Of a stretch of DNA of 64,000 nucleotides, positions 31,060-40,459 are shown piece after piece. Positions within the stretch are counted from its first letter, which is position 1. Each line of letters opens with the position of its first letter. Below the pieces are notes generated by a model that was not told the DNA's origin, ran no database searches, and saw nothing but the letters and a program-made list of their open reading frames with translations. Made by a program: the position numbers and the translations under genes. The DNA comes from a virus, in the IMG/VR virus record IMGVR_UViG_3300024517_000019, positions 2,370 through 66,369 of that record; one strand, given 5' to 3'.

Positions 31060-31356
31060 TCAGAACGGCTGGTTATCTTCCCGATCAATCCCGCCCTCAT
31101 TGCGTACCGTCCTGAAGTCAAGGAACGGTTCTTCTTCCTCTCGCACCGTTTCAGGCGGCACCGCTTCTTCCTTCTTCGGCCTACCAACAGTCACGTGTGT
31201 TGACAGCTGCTTCGCCGCCACTCGATCACACTGCATCAAACAACATCTGCGTACCCACTGACTCATCGTGTACCCCTCAGCCGTTGCCGTTGCCTTGAAC
31301 AATCCCCAAACATCATGACTCGCTCGGAAACTACGCATTGGTGTCTTCATTACCAA
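31060..31356 (-). CDS. Ribbon-helix-helix (CopG/Arc-like) DNA-binding protein
   Basis: MRSFRASHDVWGLFKATATAEGYTMSQWVR fits the RHH pattern. Confidence 0.6.
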   Translation of the reverse strand: MVMKTPMRSFRASHDVWGLFKATATAEGYTMSQWVRRCCLMQCDRVAAKQLSTHVTVGRPKKEEAVPPETVREEEEPFLDFRTVRNEGGIDREDNQPF

Positions 31357-31382
31357 ACCCTGTAAAAATAGCAGTGAAACCT

Positions 31383-31540
31383 AAGGGTAATACACGAACG
31401 CCCATTTTAGCCCAAAAACGGTGTATTACACCCCTAAATGACGATAAAGGGTAATACCCGGTGTATTACACCCCTCAGCCAGCTATCGGGTCCCATCCTC
31501 GCCGTGACAATCTACACGTACACCAGTACATAAAGGGTAA
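31383..31540. promoter_or_regulatory. Cluster of palindromic operator-like sites
   Basis: CGGTGTATTACACCCCT at 31419 and 31459, and AAGGGTAA(TAC) at 31383, 31447 and 31533, all upstream of the RHH genes. Confidence 0.6.
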
Positions 31541-31940
31541 CAAGCACTACAGCACGGGTCCCCGTAGACAGAGGGGCCGTTTTACCAGGGTTTTAACCAA
31601 TACCAGGTGATTTTGGTGATCAGGGGTTAAGTGTTAGATGAGAGGGCACGTCCAGTTCAGCATTTCGGGCAAAACTGACATCTTTACAAATGGGTCCCAT
31701 ATCGACTAATCCCCTACCTTGTCTCGACTTAGGTCGATTGTGATATGCAGCTGTGCTTCTCATACTGCTCCAACTGGCCTCTTGTGCCTTCAAATTTACC
31801 CCTCGATAGGTATTTGACCTCAGAACATTCGCTGCCTATCGAGGGGTGGCTTTCGTTAAGTCGGTGAGTCGCTTGCACTTACGTGTCCTCGATTGAGCGG
31901 CTGGTTGGATGAGCGGTTTTAGTGGTTTGACACTATCAAA

Positions 31941-31975
31941 GCTAAACGGCCCACAGCGTTGACTGTAGGCCGTTC
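31941..31975 (-). terminator. Hairpin-TTTAGC element, copy 1
   Basis: AACGGCC..GGCCGTT stem directly after the stop of the 31997 gene; same flanks as the copies at 33445 and 33888. Confidence 0.55.
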
Positions 31976-31996
31976 GGTTTGGGTAGTGTTGCGAGA

Positions 31997-32278
31997 CTAG
32001 GGCTCAAGCTTGTATTGCAGTTCGCTGAGAAGTTTGACACCGGTATCATTTGTCGCTGTGTAATCCCAATTGCCACGATTAAACCAACGTTTTCGCGTCA
32101 AATGGCCATTGGCAAGGCAATCGTTAATTCTTTCCCGGTCAATGCCGGTTAATTCGCGAACCGGATCAAGTGCAAGCGAATCGGTCATCGTGAATGCCAT
32201 TTCACCATACCGATCTAATAATCCTGTCTTGTTCCACATTGTCGTTCTCCCTAGTGGTGATCTTGCGATAGCCCGCAA
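31997..32278 (-). CDS. Hypothetical protein
   Basis: GGGAGA RBS before the internal ATG (MWNKTG). Confidence 0.5.
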   Translation of the reverse strand: MRAIARSPLGRTTMWNKTGLLDRYGEMAFTMTDSLALDPVRELTGIDRERINDCLANGHLTRKRWFNRGNWDYTATNDTGVKLLSELQYKLEP

Positions 32279-33351
32279 CGTGCGAGCCTATCGACGAGGT
32301 CCAAGTATTCGAAGTCTGTTTCCCTATCGCCCACCTCGACGGCTGGGGCTTGTTCGGGCTTGCGAAGTAGGCACGTCAACCAGTGGTCGATCTTGCTTTC
32401 CAGCTCACTATCTAGCCATTTGACTAGTGGGGCAGTGTTGCTTGCCAATGTCTTGACGTTCAGACCGTCTGGCTGCGATTGTGCGGCCTTGCGACGTGGT
32501 TCGTGTCCAAGTAGCCAAAACACCGGATGAGTGATTTTGAGGGGCATTGAGGGGGCGTGCGGCCAGTGGTGGATTCTGCCGACCGGTAGGCCGTATCCGT
32601 GCAAGTATGTTCGTGCTGACGATCCCCCACGATTGTCTTGTTCGACTTGTTGGAACAGCTGGCGTAACGCTCGCTCTGCATCGAGCTGGCGTAGCGTTAG
32701 TTGCTTTTGCTCGGCCACATCTTGACTGTCCACCCGTTGCAGTTCGACCACCCATTGCAGCCGGTCTGCGATATCGTCACATCGGCGCGATATCGTGCTT
32801 GGCGAACTGTGCTGGCGTTTGGCTATGTCGGTTCGCGATACGCCATTGATCAACAGATTGGCTACCGCTTTTAGTTGGCTATCCAGACCGCCAATCATGC
32901 GGGCAACACGTGACAGTAGCGTTGCGTGTGAATCGGCATCTGCATCGGGTAACCCGTAGGCGATTAGTTCGCCCAGCACGTCGTCAATTGTCCTTAGCTT
33001 CTCACCATCGCCAGTCTGGCCGAATCGAGCTTGCAGTTCAGTTAATGACCAGACGCCAGTTTTGTCTTGATTGTCTTCGATGCTTTGCCGACTATCGCAA
33101 GCTTCGTCACCGAAGATTTGGCGTTTGTCCGTCCCGTGGCGAGCACACAGCTTTGCGAGTTCTTCATCCTGTTCCGGCGTGTTGTCTGGTTCGGCACGTT
33201 CACAGAATAGCGACATAGCCCAACATAGTGAGTTCTGTCGCCATTCATCCCTGCCATTTGAGGGGTTCGGGTTGTCGCCGGACCACCTTGCTATGCGGTC
33301 GTCTATTAGCCTCTCAACGGTGGCTAATTGCCGTTCAAACCGATCAATCAT
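32251..33351 (-). CDS. Protein with sigma-70 region 4/ECF-like HTH
   Basis: LDSQLKAVANLLINGVSRTDIAKRQHSSPSTISRRCDDI matches the sigma-4/LuxR HTH spacing. AAGGGAG RBS. Confidence 0.55.
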   Translation of the reverse strand: MIDRFERQLATVERLIDDRIARWSGDNPNPSNGRDEWRQNSLCWAMSLFCERAEPDNTPEQDEELAKLCARHGTDKRQIFGDEACDSRQSIEDNQDKTGVWSLTELQARFGQTGDGEKLRTIDDVLGELIAYGLPDADADSHATLLSRVARMIGGLDSQLKAVANLLINGVSRTDIAKRQHSSPSTISRRCDDIADRLQWVVELQRVDSQDVAEQKQLTLRQLDAERALRQLFQQVEQDNRGGSSARTYLHGYGLPVGRIHHWPHAPSMPLKITHPVFWLLGHEPRRKAAQSQPDGLNVKTLASNTAPLVKWLDSELESKIDHWLTCLLRKPEQAPAVEVGDRETDFEYLDLVDRLARCGLSQDHH

Positions 33352-33444
33352 TCTTGTACTCCCTTGCTTCGTTTCGTTTCGTCCAACCACAAATCAGGAT
33401 ATCACGTTATATCGATACGTGTTGTGGATAACTTGAGTAAGCAA

Positions 33445-33474
33445 GCTAAACGACCGGCGAGATGCCGGTCGTTC
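33445..33474 (-). terminator. Hairpin-TTTAGC element, copy 2
   Basis: GCTAAACGACCGGC-GAGAT-GCCGGTCGTTC. Confidence 0.6.
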
Positions 33475-33481
33475 TGTTTGG

Positions 33482-33850
33482 CTACTCAATCCGCTCATTC
33501 CGCTCACTCCCTTGCGAGTCCAGGCAATCTTGCTTTCCGCCCCTTGCGACCCACACATCAGGACAACTCATGTGGGGCAATGCAGCTACTTGAACGGAGT
33601 CAACACGCAAGAGCCAAGGCCAATTCTGGCTACTGATCCAGGGCGAATGATCAGCGACAAGACGGTAGAAGTCTGACAGTTTGCCGTTCTCCACAATCCA
33701 GAACGTAATCGTGTCTTCGTCTTGTAAAGCGTAGACGGGGTGGGGGTTCCCCATCAGCTGGATTACGTCACGGACCTCAGTGATTCCGGCGAGTACTTGT
33801 TTCTCCAGCGTGCCGTCTTCGTTCCGCCCCTTAATAATCGTGTACGTCAT
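33482..33850 (-). CDS. Hypothetical early protein
   Basis: GGAG RBS; flanked by the repeated hairpins. Confidence 0.55.
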   Translation of the reverse strand: MTYTIIKGRNEDGTLEKQVLAGITEVRDVIQLMGNPHPVYALQDEDTITFWIVENGKLSDFYRLVADHSPWISSQNWPWLLRVDSVQVAALPHMSCPDVWVARGGKQDCLDSQGSERNERIE

Positions 33851-33887
33851 GACAATTGCTCCAAATTGAGTGAGTAGTAGTGAAAAC

Positions 33888-33918
33888 GCTAAACGACCGG
33901 CGACTATGCCGGTCGTTC
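33888..33918 (-). terminator. Hairpin-TTTAGC element, copy 3
   Basis: GCTAAACGACCGGC-GACTAT-GCCGGTCGTTC. Confidence 0.6.
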
Positions 33919-33928
33919 GGTGATTGCA

Positions 33929-34351
33929 CTACACACTGGCAAGGGCCTTTTTCATTCCTTCAATGTCGGGTGTGTATCCATGTTCACGCAGGGCAAGGAT
34001 GATCCCCTTGATACCGGCCTCGCTGCACACAGCTGCGTCCCAATAGTCAGCATTCCGGTTAAACGGCTTGCCTGCACCCTCGCTGTGCAACATTGGAATA
34101 GGGGTCGCACCTTGCCTGACTTTCCCTGTCTTCTTGTCGGTGGGTGTCCAGTGAATGGCACTCCATTTGATCTCGCCGTTTCCCTTGCCTGAATCAGCCT
34201 TGTTTTGCAGGGTCGCCACTACTTCAGCGAGTTCCGTTGCGAGTTCAGCGTACAGAATGTCATACGCATCCGGTGTGCATACCTTGTCCTTCAGTTGCTT
34301 GTTCAGGTTCGTTTGGCATTGAATGATCTCTAGTGCTGTTCGCTTAGCCAT
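33929..34351 (-). CDS. Hypothetical early protein
   Basis: GGAGA RBS, ATG 34351, directly downstream of promoter motif copy 1. Confidence 0.6.
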   Translation of the reverse strand: MAKRTALEIIQCQTNLNKQLKDKVCTPDAYDILYAELATELAEVVATLQNKADSGKGNGEIKWSAIHWTPTDKKTGKVRQGATPIPMLHSEGAGKPFNRNADYWDAAVCSEAGIKGIILALREHGYTPDIEGMKKALASV

Positions 34352-34396
34352 GACATGTTCTCCAATACGTGGATGTATGTTGCGGGACCAAACATT

Positions 34397-34440
34397 GGTC
34401 CCGCCAATCCCTACCCGGTCGGTTTTCCTGTTTTTTTTCA
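34397..34440 (-). promoter_or_regulatory. Phage promoter-like motif copy 1
   Basis: Minus strand reads TGAAAAAAAACAGGAAAACCGACCGGGTAGGGATTGGCGGGACC. Confidence 0.65.
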
Positions 34441-34606
34441 CGTCCCCTATATCTCGCCTTTGACCCTCGACGGCATTCCGACTCAGTAGTACGAGCTATG
34501 AACCAGTGCCCCGAATGGCCCAAGGCTTAGATCGGATGAAAACGTACGCACGGCACAAATGAACCCAAGGCTAATTGGCCACAGAGGGGCCGCCGCAAAA
34601 CCAGGG

Positions 34607-34649
34607 TGAAAATCTTTCGGGGTTTTGACCGGGGAAATTGTGGCGGGAC
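34607..34649 (+). promoter_or_regulatory. Phage promoter-like motif copy 2
   Basis: TGAAAATCTTTCGGGGTTTTGACCGGGGAAATTGTGGCGGGAC, divergent from copy 1. Confidence 0.7.
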
Positions 34650-34690
34650 AAAGCCGTCGCCAGTCACACACACGCATAAGGAGCACACAC

Positions 34691-35233
34691 ATGGTCATGT
34701 TCGGGAAAGAACAGGAAGAGAACAGTGAGCACGCTAAGTTCATGCGTCAGCGGAATCAGCTTGGACTGCTCATTACGCAGTTCATGGACGACAACAGGGT
34801 TAACCCCTACGTACTGCTTGGGATGATTGAGGAGATCAAGCAGAAGGTCATGGGCTCAATGGGAAAGTACGAGGATCACGTCAAAGGCAGCCCCAAGGGC
34901 AGCCCCAAGTCTGCTATGAGCTTCACCACTGACGGCACTGGCGACGGCTTCGAAGTGGTCGAGAGTCAGTGCTATGCCGTCTCTAAGACCACTGGTGAAA
35001 TGATCCCCTTGGCTGAGTTCTGCAAAGAGAATGATCTGGACCTTGAGGAAACTCAGGCCAAGCTGGCTCAGAACATCAAGGAGCACCTGGCGAAAGAGGG
35101 TGCCCCTGGTAAAGGCCCTATCAGCTTCAAGGAGAACATGAAGAAGGCCGTGGACGATACCACCTCTGAGCTTCATAAGAAGCTTAAGAAGCACCTACGA
35201 GACGGGGAGAAGGGAGATGCTCCAGCCGAATGA
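34691..35233 (+). CDS. Hypothetical early protein
   Basis: TAAGGAG RBS, ATG 34691. Confidence 0.65.
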   Translation: MVMFGKEQEENSEHAKFMRQRNQLGLLITQFMDDNRVNPYVLLGMIEEIKQKVMGSMGKYEDHVKGSPKGSPKSAMSFTTDGTGDGFEVVESQCYAVSKTTGEMIPLAEFCKENDLDLEETQAKLAQNIKEHLAKEGAPGKGPISFKENMKKAVDDTTSELHKKLKKHLRDGEKGDAPAE

Positions 35234-35594
35234 GTACCTTGCTGTTGCCAGGGACCTGAGGGACTGGGCTGAGAAACCAGGAACCCAAGAGTGGTTCGTG
35301 GAACAGGGCTACTTCTGGGAGCAATTGCGGTCAGGGACACCCCATGTCTGTGCCAATGGCAGCCCAGTCCTTCGCTTAGTACTGCGGAGGATACATGCCG
35401 CTGGGCTCAACCCAGACAGGGAGTTCGATGCCGGTTCTTCCGTCTACCGTAAATGGCTTAAGCCAGCCTTGGAGGACCTGACAAACATGACAGGCCTAAC
35501 CGAGACACACCTTGGCAGGAAGAACAGACAAGAGCTGGATATTGCTGCTGAGTACCTTGAATACAGGGAGGCGAATCATGCTTCAGCTACATGA
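35217..35594 (+). CDS. Hypothetical protein (paralogue of next gene)
   Basis: MLQPNEY..RD..CANGSPVLRLVLRRIHAAG. Confidence 0.6.
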   Translation: MLQPNEYLAVARDLRDWAEKPGTQEWFVEQGYFWEQLRSGTPHVCANGSPVLRLVLRRIHAAGLNPDREFDAGSSVYRKWLKPALEDLTNMTGLTETHLGRKNRQELDIAAEYLEYREANHASAT

Positions 35595-35967
35595 ATACGA
35601 GGGAGTGATCCGCGATTGCAAGTCCACCCCAGCGTGTGACTCCTTCAGGGTTTGCTTCTTCGACGTGACGATAGCCACCAGTAATGCACTTGAGAACCAC
35701 GATGACCAGTGGCTATGTGAGCACGGTGAACCGGCTGTGAGGCTTGCTCTGAGACGAACTCATGCAAGCGGCAGAGGGCCTCATGATTGCACAGACTTCC
35801 CTGTAATGTGTGGACAAGCAGCAGGGGACATAGCCACTGCGGCTTTCCACCGGGTTACTAAGTCATCGCAGTTTGCCCGATACAACAGCTGGCTCTGTGA
35901 CAACCCTGCTCACATAGCCGAACGACTTGAAGAAGAGCTTGCTGTTCTGCAAGCACAACCACAATGA
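35578..35967 (+). CDS. Hypothetical protein (paralogue of previous gene)
   Basis: MLQLHEY..RD..CEHGEPAVRLALRRTHASG, with GGAGG RBS. Confidence 0.6.
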   Translation: MLQLHEYEGVIRDCKSTPACDSFRVCFFDVTIATSNALENHDDQWLCEHGEPAVRLALRRTHASGRGPHDCTDFPVMCGQAAGDIATAAFHRVTKSSQFARYNSWLCDNPAHIAERLEEELAVLQAQPQ

Positions 35968-36076
35968 ACCACAAGGAGGTGGTACATGTACTTGATTGGG
36001 ATCTTTTGTTTAGTCCTGGCGAGCTTTATGTGGCTCGAACAGGCAGTTGCCGAGTTTACTGCAAAGGGAGAACGCA

Positions 36077-36322
36077 ATGACTGATTCGACTGAAGGTGTG
36101 AGACGACAGATGACAGCCGAGATCAATGCCGTGGAGGGCTCTCGTGAGGCCCTGGAGGCTCAGCATGGCCAAGTCTGGGACACTAGCGAAATGACCACCC
36201 ACTTCGATGCACTGAGCTTCATGGCCCCCTACATTGTGGTCAAGCGAAAGTCTGACGGCGTGAAGGGGTCACTGACCTTCCAGCACTCACCTCGCTTCTA
36301 CTTCGACTTCCAGCCTGAGTAG
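36077..36322 (+). CDS. Conserved hypothetical protein
   Basis: GGGAGA RBS; contains GQVWDT..FMAPYIVVKRKSDGVKGSLTFQHSPRFYF. Confidence 0.65.
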   Translation: MTDSTEGVRRQMTAEINAVEGSREALEAQHGQVWDTSEMTTHFDALSFMAPYIVVKRKSDGVKGSLTFQHSPRFYFDFQPE

Positions 36323-36394
36323 TGTGAACCAGGGGGTACAGGGACTGCCCTGTTCCCCGTTGTCTACACCTCACCTCGCTAAAGGGAGAACGTA

Positions 36395-36883
36395 ATGGCC
36401 AATCTGGCAATGTTTCGTGACTTGATACAGGCTCAAGAGGGCGTACCGATCGTGATGGACCTGTGGTTCACTGAGGGGCATGAGTGTGGCACAGCTGGCT
36501 GCCTGGTGGGAAATTGGGCCATGCACGGTCAACACTGCCCTGTCCACTACGGGAAGGACGCTGATGGCGAGTACCAGTTCCGGCGAGGTGGTTACACCGG
36601 TGTAGACGTTAGGCCACCAGCTGAACGCAGCCTTGGGATTGGACGAAGGATATTCCAGTTCCTGTTTGTGGCTCACTGGAGACCAGCCCACAACTTAGGC
36701 AAAGCCCCTGAGGCTCAGTCCCTTAGCGATGCCGAGGCCAGGAAACGTCTCCTCAAGGTCTATCGCTACTATGAGCGAAAACAGGCCCTGCTAGACGCCA
36801 ATGAGCAGTGGCGTGCCATGCCGAAGCGTCAGCGACAACAGCACTGGAATGAGCGAGAAGTGTCTCTCGCACTGGCTAAGTAA
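36395..36883 (+). CDS. Hypothetical phage protein (CGTAGCLVG motif)
   Basis: GGGAGA RBS; the ECGTAGCLVG motif recurs in phage early proteins. Confidence 0.6.
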   Translation: MANLAMFRDLIQAQEGVPIVMDLWFTEGHECGTAGCLVGNWAMHGQHCPVHYGKDADGEYQFRRGGYTGVDVRPPAERSLGIGRRIFQFLFVAHWRPAHNLGKAPEAQSLSDAEARKRLLKVYRYYERKQALLDANEQWRAMPKRQRQQHWNEREVSLALAK

Positions 36884-37122
36884 CCAATGATGCACTCTCT
36901 CGTTCGGGTCGCTCCCAGGCCTCTGTGGGCCTGAGGGAGAGTGTGTCGTTGTTCTACTTCGCTACAAGGAGCAAAACCATGGGGATCACACCAAGAAGGC
37001 CAGGGAGCTTCAGGACGCTGCTCAAGAGGCACTCAACGAAATTACCGAAACTCGCAGGGAATCAATGAGGGCCTTGCTGAAGACGATCGACATGTTCCCA
37101 CCACAACTACAGGAGACCATCC

Positions 37123-37323
37123 GTGAACAAGCCGCCAAGTACACCGACAATTAGCGAGCTTGAGGGGGCTTCTGTGGAACTGGCCAAGCGTATCTTGGCC
37201 AGCGGACAGGACCCTGATAACGTCTCCCCCTTGTTTGTCTTCATGGCGACAGGGCTGGCGGCAAACATGCTCTGTGCTAACTATTTGAATAAGGAGAACA
37301 GCTGTGGCGATACCGACAATTAG
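37123..37323 (+). CDS. Hypothetical protein
   Basis: AGGAGA RBS, GTG start. Confidence 0.45.
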   Translation: MNKPPSTPTISELEGASVELAKRILASGQDPDNVSPLFVFMATGLAANMLCANYLNKENSCGDTDN

Positions 37324-38254
37324 CGAAGACGACCTGCTTGGGGTGATAGTTGAGCCTGACATCTACGGGCTCAAGGTTCACTTCGATGAGGTCAAGAGAG
37401 CGGCTGATGCTGCTGGCATTGGCCGAGACGTTGTCAAGGAACTGAGCTACAAGTCAGCCTTTAGCAGGGCCTGTAGCACACTCAAGGACAACAGGACAAT
37501 TGACAAGCTGGAGACCATGGACAATGGCTGCATGGTTTTCCAGTTCACTGCGAAGCATGAAGAGGACGAAGAGATCCACTTCAACAAAGAAGCCAAGGTG
37601 TACCTGGACCCAATTACCGGGGACATAAGGTGTGCTGGCAGACATGACTTGGAAGCTAAGGCTAGGGAGCTACTGAGCGAAGCAATGGACTGCAGGACTA
37701 CCTCTGATATCACTGGCCTGATCAAGAACCTGCTGAAAGAGCATGCTGACCTGTACCCGACAAGTCGCAAGGGAGGCTCTTACTTCGTACCGATCGCTCA
37801 CATTGAATACGCTCGTAAGCTTGAGCGATTCGTCGATGAGTGCGGTAGCTTCACTGACAAGCTGAGGATCTTCCCTGTGCCAAAGGGAACCTCTGAGGGC
37901 AATCGCAATGTCCGTGATAGCGTTGGTGCTGTGATCAACAGTGTCCTCGAAGAAATGGACGAGGCGATTGACGAGTGGGGTGAGAACACCAAGGACAAGA
38001 CGATCAAGGGCACCATGGAGAAGATTGAGGTGCTCAACTACAAGATCGAGTCACTATCCATGTACCTGATGGAAGAGACTGAGGAACTGCAGCGTAAGCG
38101 TGCTGTACTGAAGAACAAGCTTCAGACCAAGGTGTTTGGTATCGCTGAGGGCAAGGCAGCCCCAAGTGAGCCTGAGGCTACAGAGGCAGAGCCTGCAGCT
38201 GACTCAACTAGCGAAGACGAGCTACAGAAGCTACGAGAGTCGCTCTTTAGTTAA
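37304..38254 (+). CDS. DUF6744-like protein associated with AAA/VWA modules
   Basis: SAFSRAC and GGSYFVP motifs, 316 aa, upstream of the MoxR AAA and VWA genes. Confidence 0.55.
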   Translation: MAIPTISEDDLLGVIVEPDIYGLKVHFDEVKRAADAAGIGRDVVKELSYKSAFSRACSTLKDNRTIDKLETMDNGCMVFQFTAKHEEDEEIHFNKEAKVYLDPITGDIRCAGRHDLEAKARELLSEAMDCRTTSDITGLIKNLLKEHADLYPTSRKGGSYFVPIAHIEYARKLERFVDECGSFTDKLRIFPVPKGTSEGNRNVRDSVGAVINSVLEEMDEAIDEWGENTKDKTIKGTMEKIEVLNYKIESLSMYLMEETEELQRKRAVLKNKLQTKVFGIAEGKAAPSEPEATEAEPAADSTSEDELQKLRESLFS

Positions 38255-38277
38255 CGCAGCCGTCATGCACACGAGGC

Positions 38278-38321
38278 TGAAAATCTTTTGGGTTTTCGAC
38301 CGGGAAGGGATTGGCGGGACC
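38278..38321 (+). promoter_or_regulatory. Phage promoter-like motif copy 3
   Basis: TGAAAATCTTTTGGGTTTTCGACCGGGAAGGGATTGGCGGGACC. Confidence 0.7.
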
Positions 38322-38429
38322 GAGGTGTTCGCCACGTGGTTAACGCGGGGTATCGTAGTCAGGCTAAGTGCTCCAGGTTTGCACTACGGTATCCCCCGAT
38401 ATTCACTACTCGCTACTAGGGAGAATGAA

Positions 38430-38780
38430 ATGACTGAGAGACCATGCGTTGAAGAAGAGATTCTCAGTAATCTCGACAGTCTTATCCATGAGATGAAGCA
38501 ATACAACGACTGTAAGGCATGGGTCGAGAGATTGAAGGAGATGCGTGAATCAGTCGTGGAGGGGGCCGACCAATGGGTCAGGACCATCAGCGGAGAGAAG
38601 GCCATACGGGATAGCAACAGGCGTCAACTCGACGATGCCCTTGAGACTGCCGAGAAGTGGGAGAAGGACTACTCAGTATTGGTTAACCAGCACCAGACGG
38701 CCTGCGATGGGTTCAAGATCCTCGTCTCTGACCCAAGAGGAACCATGTACGAAACCCCCAACTTCCCACAAAGCGAATGA
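38430..38780 (+). CDS. Hypothetical coiled-coil protein
   Basis: GGGAGA RBS, ATG 38430. Confidence 0.55.
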   Translation: MTERPCVEEEILSNLDSLIHEMKQYNDCKAWVERLKEMRESVVEGADQWVRTISGEKAIRDSNRRQLDDALETAEKWEKDYSVLVNQHQTACDGFKILVSDPRGTMYETPNFPQSE

Positions 38781-38851
38781 CCCATGGTGTCACTCCGGTT
38801 CGCCAGAGTGACCCGATGGCTTATTTACTACTCGCTACAGGGAGAAACCAA

Positions 38852-39970
38852 ATGAGTGTAGCAACGCTAGAACTGCAGGAAGTGTTCAGCAAGGTGCGAG
38901 ATCAGCTCAACGATAAGCTGATCGAAAGGGAAGGTGAGGTGGATGTCGTACTGACGGCCATGGCCTGCCGGGAGCATGCTCTGTTCGTAGGGCCACCTGG
39001 TACAGCCAAGTCCATGCTCTTGGACGCTATCGCTGAACTGGTAGACGGACAACGATTCCTTTACCTGCTCACCAAGGAAACGGATCAGGACGAGCTGTTC
39101 GGCCCTGTGAAGCTGTCTGAGCTGAAGAAGGACCTCTACGTCAGGAACATCGACAAGTCGTTAGCGACGGCACACGTGGCCTTCCTGGACGAGTTGTTCG
39201 AAGGCTCCAGTGGTGTGCTCAACTCAGTCCTCAAGGTGCTGAATGAGCGTACCTACAACAACGGCAACACTACCGTCCAGTGCCCGCTACTGACCTGTGT
39301 GGCTGGTAGCAACAAGTGGCCCCATGGTCACAAGTCTGGCAAAGAGGTTGCTGCCCTGTTCGACAGGTTCCTGTTTCGTAAGCAGGTCAAGCCAATCGGT
39401 ACTGACCGTGGCCTGTCCAAGCTGCTGTGGGAGCCCAGCCTGGAGATCGAGCTGAAGGAAAGGCTGACCCCTGCTCAAATGGACGAGGTGGTTGAGGCCG
39501 TCAAGATGGTGCCTTGGAAGAGTGACGCCAAGGACTGCTTCCAGTCGATCATCAAGGAGATCCGCCGTCAGGGCGTGACTCCTGGTGACAGACGAATGAG
39601 GAAGGCAGTCAACGCTACTCAGGCGTTTGCCTGGATCAATGGTGCCCTTGAAGTTGAAGATGAGCACCTTGAGATCCTGGCTCATGTCCTTTGGGAAGAC
39701 CCTGAGGAACAGCCTGCGGTGGTCACCAAGGTCATTGGCAAGTTGGCCAACCCAGTTGGGCTTCAGGTCAACACCCTACTGATCGAAGCTGACCAGATTG
39801 TCAGCGAGACAGACGCCACTCAGCTGGACCAGGCAGCCATGGCGACTAAGAAGCTTGGTGAGATTGTGAAGAAGCTCGATAAGCTCAAGGGCGACAAAGC
39901 CAGCAGGGCAACCGAGTATGTTCGTAACAACCAGGCCGATATTCACCGACGGGGAATCGACGCGATCTGA
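38852..39970 (+). CDS. MoxR/RavA-family AAA+ ATPase
   Basis: GPPGTAKS (Walker A), AFLDE (Walker B), VLNER, ALFDRF and DRR. Confidence 0.9.
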   Translation: MSVATLELQEVFSKVRDQLNDKLIEREGEVDVVLTAMACREHALFVGPPGTAKSMLLDAIAELVDGQRFLYLLTKETDQDELFGPVKLSELKKDLYVRNIDKSLATAHVAFLDELFEGSSGVLNSVLKVLNERTYNNGNTTVQCPLLTCVAGSNKWPHGHKSGKEVAALFDRFLFRKQVKPIGTDRGLSKLLWEPSLEIELKERLTPAQMDEVVEAVKMVPWKSDAKDCFQSIIKEIRRQGVTPGDRRMRKAVNATQAFAWINGALEVEDEHLEILAHVLWEDPEEQPAVVTKVIGKLANPVGLQVNTLLIEADQIVSETDATQLDQAAMATKKLGEIVKKLDKLKGDKASRATEYVRNNQADIHRRGIDAI

Positions 39971-40090
39971 TCCTTGTAGCGAGGGTCGAAGTAGCCGTGT
40001 GGTTACTGCTCGCAGTCCCTGTCTCCACTCCATCCTGGCAGGGGCTGCCTGTTGTACTCATCCTAACTCGCTACAAAGGGAGACTTGATT

Positions 40091-40459
40091 ATGGATCAGC
40101 ATGAGGCCGAAGGGTTAGTCAGACAACGTGCCGATGAGTTCAGGGACGAATTCACCATACGGCTCAGGAAGCTGTGTGAGGACTTCCAGCCTGAGACGGA
40201 AGCTACGGTCGAAGGCATGATGAACGCATCTGCTGCTATCCATGGCCGGGGTGAAGCTGCCCTGGTGATGGCGATAGCGTCTCTGGGGTTCACTGCTGGC
40301 TTTAGCCGTGAGAAGTCGATCAATCTGCTGGAGGCTGTCTGGAAGACAGTTGCCGAAGAGGCAGCGGCGGAGTTCAGCACCCAGCTCTCTAGGGCAGAGG
40401 GCCTGAGTGACCTGCTGCAGCAGTTCAAGAACAGGGGAGGCAATTGCAGTGACAACTAA
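40091..40459 (+). CDS. Hypothetical protein
   Basis: GGGAGA RBS. Confidence 0.6.
   Translation: MDQHEAEGLVRQRADEFRDEFTIRLRKLCEDFQPETEATVEGMMNASAAIHGRGEAALVMAIASLGFTAGFSREKSINLLEAVWKTVAEEAAAEFSTQLSRAEGLSDLLQQFKNRGGNCSDN

Noticed and set aside
33423-33431. Perfect DnaA box (TGTGGATAA)
   Set aside because: Only a single copy was noticed, with no cluster or AT-rich unwinding element, which is not enough to call an origin.
37143-37326. 15-bp direct repeat ACCGACAATTAGCGA near two adjacent gene starts
   Set aside because: It is probably a relic of a local duplication encoding PTISE, with no further structure.
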